Assembly: GCF_006345805.1 (NCBI RefSeq)
Contig: NW_021832057.1
Span: forward strand, 1 to 33,289
Direction of reading: 5' to 3'
DNA from: Octopus sinensis
Taxonomy: Eukaryota
Length of the DNA stretch: 33,289 nucleotides
Shown here: positions 1 through 9,823 of the stretch, piece by piece
Numbering within the stretch: position 1 is the stretch's first letter
Layout of the letters: each line of letters begins with the position of its first letter
The notes under the pieces: model-generated
What the model was told of the DNA's origin: nothing
Database searches by the model: none
The model's input: the letters and a program-made list of their open reading frames with translations, nothing else
Made by a program: the position numbers and the translations under genes

Positions 1-240
1 GACATAAATAGAACTTACAGTGGACAAATTCTTGCTTATTCAATTTTCATCACTCCAAGGTCTATAAAAGTCATTAAGCAATCGAGCATCGCGTGCTGGG
101 GACGACGCTCTGGATTACCCTTTCTCCATTCAACATGGTTGGCCCCGTGACTCAATTGGAAAATCCTCCTCATTATCATCATCATCAGTATCATTGCCAT
201 CATCATCGTTATTAAGAATATCAAGAAGAAGAAGAAGAAG

Positions 241-448
241 AATCCTTTCTGTCATAGGCTCAACGCCTGGATTTTGTGGAGAGAGGATTAGTCGATCACA
301 TCGACCCAAGTACTCAACTGGCACTTAATCGACCCCGAAAGGCTGAAAGGCAAAATCGACCTCGACTGGATTAGAACTCAGAAAGTAGAGCTGGACCACA
401 TGCTGGTGAGCGTTTTGTCTGACGTGCTATCGATTTGGCCAGCTCACC
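241..448 (-). mobile_element. tRNA-headed SINE, group B/C monomer (tail type C), diverged
   Basis: The minus strand reads TGGTGAGCTGGCCAAATCGATAGCACGTCAGAC (head), then CTGAGTTCTAATCCAGTCGAGGTCGATTTTGCCTTTCAGCCTTTCGGGGTCGATTAAGTGCCAG and tail CCTATGACAGAAAGGATT. It is homologous to the copies at 24766, 26715 and 31058. Confidence 0.85.
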
Positions 449-460
449 AATGATAATAAT

Positions 461-912
461 GCAGTACCAGGCAGTGACTTTCATGGCTTTTGATCTTAAT
501 TAACGCTTATCAGTTGTCTGACCGTAACCAGTTGAGCATGCCCCTTAGTGGCTGACGATGTGTACATCTCTGACCACGAGCAGAAGTAGAGGGGAGTATC
601 ATAGCCACGGGTTGAGAGGAATTCTTTGGGATTTGAATAATTCGCCTCTGGAAACATTGGTGCTTCGTTCAACATCCTTCAACAAACCTAATTGAGGGAC
701 CTTTTGAGCGAGGTGGGCTACTCGATCTGAAGAAAATTCTTACTGGGCCCCACCTGCAAGGTCATGCGCTATTCATGTTGATATGAAACCACCATGTTGT
801 TCCCACATGGTTGTAATGCATGTGCCCTTATATATGGGTATTCATGATGGGTATATTGGGCTTCGTATATTTGTACACCAGTGTCACTTTGATGGCATGC
901 TCTGCTCTCTCT
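461..912 (+). mobile_element. 3' terminal segment of a non-LTR retroelement ending in (AAT)n (possibly R4/Dong-like 3' UTR)
   Basis: The last ~70 nt (ATGATGGGTATATTGGGCTTCGTATATTTGTACACCAGTGTCACTTTGATGGCATGCTCTGCTCTCT) recur at 25368-25438. Both copies run directly into (AAT)n and have different 5' ends, the usual pattern of 5'-truncated retrocopies. The clade is inferred. Confidence 0.65.
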
Positions 913-990
913 ATAATAATAATAATGATGATGATGATGATGATGATGATATTTTAAAAGGATTGACGTAACTTTTCACAAAGGTAAACG

Positions 991-1303
991 GACACGACAA
1001 AGAGCGCGATGCGATTGCGATATTTTATCGGTTGAACGCTATTTCGCCAACGAGCATGTCTTTGTGGAGTTCAAAATAAAAAGTGATAAAAATGCAACAT
1101 TATATAAATTCAGATCTAAATCTGGTGTCATTCTATCAACGTGTGGACGCTGGTTACTCTCGTTCATACTTTAGATTTGAATTTCTATAATTTTGTATTT
1201 TTATCCTTTTTTATTTTGAACTCGACAAAGACAAGATTGCTGTCGAAATGTCGTTCAACCAATAAGATATCTAGTGCAGTCGCATCGCGCTGTTGGTCTT
1301 GTC
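991..1303. mobile_element. Fold-back (MITE-like) element with ~130-bp imperfect inverted arms
   Basis: 991-1120 is the reverse complement of 1170-1303 with about 20 mismatches and one 4-nt gap (hand count, ~82%). The spacer is 49 nt and there is no ORF. Confidence 0.8.
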
Positions 1304-1372
<69 letters not shown>

Positions 1373-1377
1373 TAGTA
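1304..1377. repeat. (AAT)n microsatellite
   Basis: Direct reading. Confidence 0.95.
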
Positions 1378-1740
1378 ATGGTTTCAAATTTTGACACAAG
1401 GGAAGCCATTTTGGGGAGGGGATAAATCGATTATGTTGATTTCAGTGTTTCATCGGTACTTCATTCATTCACACCAAAAGAATGAAAGGTAAACTCGACC
1501 TCGGTAGAATCTGAACTCAGAACATGAAGACGGCCGAAATACCTATATCTTTACTAACCACAAAGGGCTAGACACAGAGGGGACAAACAAGGACAGACAA
1601 ATGGATTAAGTCGATTGCATCGACCCCGAAAGGATGAAAGGCAAAGTCGACCCCGGCGGAATTTGAACCCAGAACGTAACAGCAAACAAAATGCCGCTAA
1701 GCATTTCGCTCGGCGCGCAAACTATTTTGCCAGCTCACCA
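1378..1740 (-). mobile_element. Dimeric group B/C SINE (head + monomer with B tail + second headless monomer)
   Basis: The minus strand has one head (GGTGAGCTGGCAAAATAGTTTGCGCGCCGAGCG) and two copies of the GAGTTCA...GAGGTCGA...CCTTTCAT block, separated by TTTGTCTGTCCTTGTTTGTCCCCTCTGTGTCTAGCC. The first monomer lacks the segment between two TCGACCCC motifs. Confidence 0.85.
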
Positions 1741-1821
1741 ATAATAATAATGATGATAATAATAACAATAATTATGACTATTATTATAATTTTTATAATT
1801 ATCATTATCATTATCATCATG

Positions 1822-1903
<82 letters not shown>

Positions 1904-1925
1904 TATCATTATTATTATTATCATT
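1741..1925. repeat. (AAT)/(ATT)n microsatellite
   Basis: Direct reading; source of the poly-Ile ORFs. Confidence 0.95.
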
Positions 1926-2199
1926 ACTAGCAGTAGTCCTGCTACTGGTGCTCCTACTTAAGAAAACGGCCAAGAACTGAAGAAGAGTGAAGGGATAGCA
2001 TTGATCAAAGCAACACAAGTATATTAACTATAGTTATTGATCTTGGATGGAAGTTAGGTAACGTTGAATATAGCAGAATGTAACTCAGTCGATACGATGG
2101 TCTAATACCGTTGCCTTATGTACTACTGTTGCTTGTGTGTCTTAGTAATTACGATGATCATGATGAGTGAAAGGGGAGATGCTGACCGTAGTGGGTGTG

Positions 2200-2252
2200 A
2201 TATTGGTGATTATAATGGTGGTGCCAGTAGTGGTGGTGAAGAGGTGACGCGG

Positions 2253-2286
<34 letters not shown>

Positions 2287-2367
2287 TGATGATGATGACG
2301 GTTACAACGACGATGACGACGATGATGATAAGGAGGAGGAGAAGGAGGAGGAGAATGAGGAGGATTG

Positions 2368-2404
<37 letters not shown>

Positions 2405-2455
2405 AAAGATGACGGGGATGAAGTGGAGGAGAAGGATCGTGATGATGACGATTCC
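2200..2455. repeat. (GAT)n/(GAG)n/(GAC)n triplet low-complexity tract
   Basis: Direct reading. Confidence 0.9.
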
Positions 2456-2699
2456 TCTCTGCTGGTACTTATTAAAACTCTTGCTAATCCTCCAAAACGC
2501 TGTTTCCTTCACCTCTTCCTCCACCCCGTTCTCTTCCTATTCCTTTATTGTTACTACTACATGGGAAACAGTGAAAAACCAATAAAATATCTACCATCTC
2601 TTTTTTTTTTACTTTCTTTTCATGTCGACTATCTACTTCTGTGCTCTCTTCTCATGAACACTAATTTAAGAATTTAGATAAGGTGCCCAAATGAAGATG

Positions 2700-3545
<846 letters not shown>

Positions 3546-4189
3546 ATAGATGCATATACGTTACATCAAACATACATGTACTCAAACGCATATACATGCA
3601 TATTCATATAACACAGATACACAAAGACATACACTCACATATATTTATATGCATAGAAGTGTATATATATATATGTATGTATGTGTGTACACAACCATGT
3701 GTGTTGGAGGTTGTCATTATGTGATGCTAAGTAGAAAGGTGGAGGGACATATGAATGGATGAAAAGGTGCATAGACAGAGAGAGATGGACGGGCATACAG
3801 TAAGATACGTTGATAGATTCATATATAATTAGACTGAGAGAAAGGGACTGAAAATACGAGGGGAAAAATAAAAAAAAAAAAGATATATCGAATGGGTGGG
3901 GGGTAACCTTCTTGAATAATGGTTGGCATTGATCTGATCTCTACCTCCAGAGAAACACCTCCAGAATCCTTGACACTAATGGCAAACCTTGTTTTCTTCT
4001 TTTATGTTGTTTTTTTTGTTTTGTTTTTGTTTTTGTGTCTTGTCTTTGTTTCTTTTAGTGTTTCTTGCTTCCATTTTCTTCATTCTTCTCCTTCTTTGTC
4101 CATTTATTGTTGCCTTCTACTCTATCTCTATCTCTTACTTCTTTATTTTGCGTTTATTCATTCTTCCAATATATGTATATATGAATGCA

Positions 4190-4199
4190 TGATGTATAT

Positions 4200-4269
<70 letters not shown>

Positions 4270-4350
4270 TGTATGTATGTGTATGCATGTCTGTATGAAT
4301 ATAATATATGTATATGTATATATAAGTATATTTATATGTGTATGTATATA

Positions 4351-4419
<69 letters not shown>

Positions 4420-5135
4420 CATACGCACACACACATATATACGGATGTATGTGTGTGTGTGAGTGCGTGTGTACTCATGTATATGCACATACATACATGT
4501 ATATGAACTTATATGTTCACATAGCTGCAATACATATATATCTGTAGTGTATGTGTATATGTGTGTGCGCGCGTTAGTGTGTGCGTGTGTACGCACGCAC
4601 ATGCAGATATACATATACGTATATACATATATATATATATGTAACCATTCCAGTTGAACCCCTGCCGCATTCCGTTGTTGCCTGCAAAACTCCAATTAGA
4701 AAGAAAAGAGGAAAATAAAATAAGATATACCAAAAAAAAATATATAAAACAAATGGACACATTGATAACCACACTCACACTGCAATATATGTGTGTGTGT
4801 GCGCGCGCGCGTGTGTGTGTGCGTGTGTGTGTATATGTGTGTGTACGCGCACGCAGACAAACGGTAAGAATCTTGAGTGGTCGCGTACACCCACACATAC
4901 ACGCTAACATGCAACCTTACATACATCGTACATATACATACATATATACATACATACATACATACACATATATATATATATTATATATATATATATATAT
5001 TATATTATGTATATATATATAGATATATATATTATATATATATATGTATATATTATGTTATTATATATATAGACACATAGACACACATTAAATATACATA
5101 TATATTCATATGTATATATATATATATATATACAT
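4190..5135. repeat. Compound (TA)n/(TG)n/(CA)n microsatellite region
   Basis: Direct reading. Confidence 0.9.
4646..4681 (-). CDS. Candidate 36-nt phase 1-1 host exon, (G)[11 protein letters not shown]
   Basis: It is preceded by a long pyrimidine tract and TTTTGCAG on the minus strand. The donor G|GTTACA is weak and I recognise no homology. Confidence 0.2.
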
Positions 5136-5337
5136 ACTCCGTGTGGTCACGATATGTACCGGCATTGTCCCCACCCCTCCTACCAAAGAACACATCATAT
5201 TGTCCTTTCCTTTCTTCCATCGATCCAACCAACCATCTATCCAGCCGTCTATAACACTTCTATATATTTAATTATTTTCTGGCTCTTGTGTTTCCTGGGT
5301 GAAGCAGAAGAATAGAAAGCAGCAGCAGCAGTAGTAT

Positions 5338-5372
<35 letters not shown>

Positions 5373-6237
5373 AAAATATATTAACATGGCGAGAGATTTT
5401 TAGAGAGCAATGGAAAGATATAGAATGATGAAGGAGAGGAAGTAAATAAAAGAATAGGAGTAGGGGGAGGAGTGAAGAACATGCAAGGAGGGATGAATGG
5501 ATGAAGGAAGGAATGAAGGGAGGAAGGAAAGAAAGAAAAGCAAAAAAATAAGAAAGAAAGAAAGAAAGAAGAAAGAGTGAAACGATCAAATTAAGTAAGA
5601 AAATATAAGATAAATAAGAAAAAAGGAATGAAAGATATTCATTCAAATTGCAAGTGCCAGATGTGAGAAAAGAAAAGAAGAGAGAGAAAAAGAATGAAAT
5701 ATAGGGAGTAGAAAAGAAAGGGACGATAGATACGGCTAAATTAGAGAGGGAGAACGTAGTAAAAAAAAGATTGAAGGAAATTGAGAATGAAACAAAAATA
5801 AATGATTGAAGGATCAAAGTAAGTAAGGAAGGAAGGAAGAAAATAAAAGAAGGAACGAGAGGAAGAAATGAAAGAATGAAAGAATGAAAGAAATAAAGAA
5901 ATGAAGGAAGGAAGGAAGGAAAGGAGAGAAGGAAAGAAAGAAAGGAGGGAAGGAAAGAAAGAAATAATGAAAGAAATAAAGAAATGAAGGAAGGAAGGAA
6001 AGAAAGAAAGAATGAATGAAATAAAGAAATGACGGAGGGAAGGCAAGGAGAGAAGGAAAGAAAGAAAGAAAGAAAAAAGGAAAGAAAGAAAGAAAGAGTA
6101 GAGTTAAGGAAGGAAGGAAGAAAACAAGAAAGAAAGAAAGAAAGAAAGAAAGACAGAAAGAAAGAAAGGAAGATAGAAAGAAAGATACAGAGTGGAAATG
6201 ATAGAGAAAGAAAAAAGAAAGTGTGGGGATATGGAAA

Positions 6238-6290
<53 letters not shown>

Positions 6291-6319
6291 AAGAATGGGG
6301 ATAAGAAAGAAAGAAAGAT

Positions 6320-6362
<43 letters not shown>

Positions 6363-6533
6363 AAAAAAGGAAGGAAAGAAGGAAGGAAGGAAGAGGGGGG
6401 ATAAGGAAGAAAGAAACAAACAAACAAAGAGTAGGGATAATAGAGAAAGAAAAAAATATTGATATAAGTATTTAAGGCAGCAAAAGCCTTATACGAATAG
6501 AGGAAATAAATTTGGAAATAAGAGAAGATAGAG

Positions 6534-6892
6534 AATAACAGAATAAGAGAATGCAATGAAAGAAAAGAGAGAGAGACAAATTTACGTAAAGAACAAGTAA
6601 ATAAATAACAGAATAAGAGAATGCAGAGAAAGAAAATAGAGAGAGAAAAATTTACGTAAAGAAGAAGTAAATGAATAACAGAATAAGAGAATGCAGAGAA
6701 AGAAAATAGAGAGAGAAAAATTTACGTAAAGAAGAAGTAAATGAATAACAGAATAAGAGAATGCAGAGAAAGAAAATAGAGAGAGAAAATTTACGTAAAG
6801 AAGAAGGAAATGAATAACAGAATAAGAGAATGTAGAGAAAGAAAATAGAGAGAGAAAAATTTACGCAAAGAAGTAAAAGAATAACAGAATAA
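6534..6892 (+). repeat. 70-bp minisatellite, 5 full units plus a partial
   Basis: AATAACAGAATAA unit starts at 6534, 6604, 6674, 6744, 6813 and 6880. Confidence 0.95.
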
Positions 6893-7120
6893 AGGAATGG
6901 CTGAACGTTAAAAAGAAGAAAGGATGAAAGAAAGGCAAATATAGGAGAGGGAAACGAAAAAGAAAAAAAATGAAGTGAAAAATTATGGGTGAATGAAAAG
7001 AAGAAGGTAGGATGCTTGTAAGCAAAAGGGTTAGATTAATGGAGAAAATATGAAGAAAATGTACCAAGAATGATGGAAATATAATTAAATGTAGATGTAG
7101 AGTAGGATAGAAGGATAAAT

Positions 7121-7334
7121 GACGTAGGGAGTAAATTAATTAATTGGCTGTGTGGTAAGTAGCTTGCTAACCAACCACATGGTTCCGGGTTCAGTCCCAC
7201 TGCGTGGCATCTTGGGCAAGTGTCTTCTGCTATAGCCCCGGGCCGACCAATGCCTTGTGAGTGGATTTGGTAGACGGAAACTGAAAGAAGCATGTCGTAT
7301 ATATGTATATATATATATATATATAATATATATA

Positions 7335-7365
<31 letters not shown>

Positions 7366-7577
7366 GTGTGTATGGTTGGTTTGTCCCCCTAGCACTACTT
7401 GACAACCGATGCTGGTGTGTTTACGTCCCCGTCACTTAGCGGTTCGGCAAAAGAGACCGATAGAATAAGTACTGGGCTTACAAAGAATAAGTCTCGGGGT
7501 AGATTTGATCGGCTAAAGGCGGTGCTCCAGCATGGCCGCAGTCAAATGACTGAAACAAGTAAAAGAGTAAAAGAGTA
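7121..7577 (+). mobile_element. tRNA-headed SINE group A, full length, with internal (TA)n(TG)n
   Basis: It has an A-box-like TGGCTGTGTGG, a B-box-like GGTTCAGTCCC and a CORE-like CTTGGGCAAGT. An internal microsatellite separates the halves, and the right half ends CAAATGACTGAAACAA(GTAAAAGA)n. Confidence 0.9.
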
Positions 7578-8375
7578 TTAAACATGGTGGGAATGAAATA
7601 GTTAAAAGATAAATGAAAATGAAACGGAAAGGCTGAGAATCGAAGGAGAGCGAAAGAAGTTCGATGATAGACGTAGCATAAGAATAAGGATGAATGAGTT
7701 TGCAAAGGGGTGGGGAGAATGGAAATGAAAGTGGTGAACGAATACTGGGAATAAAAATGAAACCTAGGAAGGAAATAGATGAAAGAAGAATTAGAATAGA
7801 AAGAGTAGGAATGAACGAACTAATGAAAGTGATGATGAAAGAGGTGAGTGGGGGAACGATGAAAATGAAATAAATGGGACGAGGTGATGAGGGAGAAGAA
7901 AATAGGCAAGTGAAGGATATAAAGTGAGAATGAACCGGCCAAAATATTGGGAATAAAAGTAATGAAAGATAGAGAATAAAAAAGATGGATGAATAGGGGT
8001 GAAGAAATAAATAATTAAAGAGTGTAAGTAAAAGAAATGAGTGAAAATATATGAAATATGCGAATGAAAGAAAGAGTTGAAAGAAGGCCGAAAAACAATT
8101 TGGTGAAAAATGGAGTGGATATATAAGATCTGAAAGAATATTGGGATTCAAAAAGATAAATGAAGATTTGAAATAAAAGAGATGAATGAAGAACGAGAAT
8201 TAGCAACGTGAAATAAGAATGGAAATTAAAGAGATAAAATAAGAGAGGCGATAAAAGAAAAGGAAGATTGGAAATGAAAGAGATGAAAGACAAAAAGTAA
8301 GGAATGAAATAAATAGAATTTTAAGAGACGACATAAGATCAGGAAGTAAGTTTATGAGACATATATATATATATA

Positions 8376-8567
8376 TTACGGAGATGTACTTGCATAGCAA
8401 GTGACCTGATCTGAGATCGTGTGCTGGAACGAAAACAATTGCAGCGTGGCAAGTGTTTATGCGCCTATTCAGAAACACACAAAAACCGTTAGATTCGCGT
8501 CAACATTTAAATTTAATTAGTCAAAATATTTTCGTCGCTTTGAGACCGCGGACCGTTCACTGTAGAT
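8376..8567 (-). mobile_element. ~190-bp element between TA/CA microsatellites carrying a degenerate hammerhead-like motif (Penelope-like terminal repeat candidate)
   Basis: Minus strand 8563-8518 reads ACA GTGAAC G GTCCGC GGTCTCAAA GCGAC GAAA ATATTT TGAC: a stem II-like hairpin, GAAA and a palindromic AAUAUU stem III. Stem I and A9 are defective. Confidence 0.35.
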
Positions 8568-8847
8568 ACATATATACATACACTCATGCGTACACATATG
8601 CACGTGCGCGCACGTATGTATATACAGAGAATGTGAAGAAGATATATATATTTGTTAAATTTTAATTGCAAATAACTGATAGCGACAGAGAACAATCATG
8701 ATTCCCACTCAAGGTAGAGGTTGTGTTTGGACACAGATATCGGCTTTATTTACATTGAGATCTCATAAGAATTTTAGTTCATACAAGCACTTGAAATTAC
8801 ATAGGTGACAGACGAAAATCGTTTGCTGTAGCCTGTAGATCTGCCAG

Positions 8848-8893
8848 ATCACGTGATTTCAGCTGCCTATGAGCTCCTCAGTGACAGGTGTCA
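8848..8893. promoter_or_regulatory. Candidate cis-regulatory motif cluster (palindromic E-box, CAGCTG E-box, TALE-type TGACAGGTGTCA)
   Basis: ATCACGTGAT at 8848-8857, CAGCTG at 8860-8865 and TGACAGGTGTCA at 8882-8893, in non-repetitive sequence. These are motif matches only. Confidence 0.25.
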
Positions 8894-9082
8894 AGCAGTG
8901 CAATAACTGCTGAAACCCTCATCAATTATATATAGAATCTCAGTATCTATTCAGGCACTGGCGTCACAAATAGCCATTAGGCCTAGTAAAAATTAAATTA
9001 ATTAAATTAGTTAAATAATAGCTTAACGTATAGGTTGTGTTAGAACAACCTTTATATATTTTTATATATATATACACATATA

Positions 9083-9121
<39 letters not shown>

Positions 9122-9524
9122 TTCATATAAATACATATATTTTTTCCAAATTCTAACATGTTTCTTTGTTTTCTCTTTGCTTATCTGAGATCTTTTGTTC
9201 GTTGACTGGTTGGTTGGTTTCTTTCGTTCGTTTGTTCGTTGTTCTGAATTTACTGACACTCCCAGTTTTATGATAATCTTTCAGCAATAATGTAGTCGAA
9301 TAGCATTTGAAACCTGTGGTTACCACAGTGTGTTAATAAATATATATATACATACGCAGTGTTGATTTCTGTAGTTATGAATGTTATTTTTTCGGCGGAT
9401 TAAGTAAGAATTGTGACTGTTATTTCAAGTAGGTAAACATACTCAGTATGTCCTTTGATTAATATATATATACATATATATATTATTGGCTAAACTGGCA
9501 AAATGACCATTCCGAAATACAACA

Positions 9525-9559
<35 letters not shown>

Positions 9560-9560
9560 A

Positions 9561-9768
9561 TTATAAATGTGACCTCGTGTGTACCGTTGGCGATTTTTTT
9601 TCCTCTGTCTTCCTTCTCTGGATCTTTCCTTCTCATATTTTTCTGATGAAGAGCTCCGCTCGAAACGTTAAACCCTCCTTCTTTCCTTCTTTCCTGAGTG
9701 CCCAATAATACTTTAATTGTTCCACGTCCCGTCGCGTCGTTGTGATTTTTTGTGCTCTTGTTTGGATT

Positions 9769-9771
<3 letters not shown>
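9561..9771 (+). mobile_element. ~210-bp hammerhead-bearing element (Penelope-like solo terminal repeat or retrozyme-like unit) inside (TA)n
   Basis: A unique, pyrimidine-rich 210-bp segment bounded on both sides by long (TA)n, containing CTGATGAAGAGCTCCGCTCGAAACGTT. Confidence 0.6.
9638..9673 (+). ncRNA. Minimal type I hammerhead ribozyme motif (C3-G8 core)
   Basis: CUGAUGA at 9643-9649 plus one extra A, stem II GAGC-UCC-GCUC, GAAA at 9662-9665, palindromic ACGU stem III and putative cleavage after GUU (9669). Stem I is only UUU/AAA in this copy. Confidence 0.6.

Positions 9772-9820
<49 letters not shown>

Positions 9821-9823
<3 letters not shown>

Larger units (their letters stand above)
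5400..8340 (+). repeat. ~3-kb purine-rich tract: (GAAA)n, (GGAA)n, (GAAT)n and degenerate GA-rich sequence, interrupted by a SINE
   Basis: The plus strand is strongly A/G-biased throughout; source of the F/L/S-rich antisense ORFs. Confidence 0.9.

Noticed and set aside
1-190. Possible 3' end of another retroelement before a (CAT)n tract
   Set aside because: There is no second copy or coding motif in the window to support it
6534-6892. Regularly spaced repeats as a CRISPR array
   Set aside because: The units are head-to-tail with no unique spacers, there are no cas genes, and the context is eukaryotic
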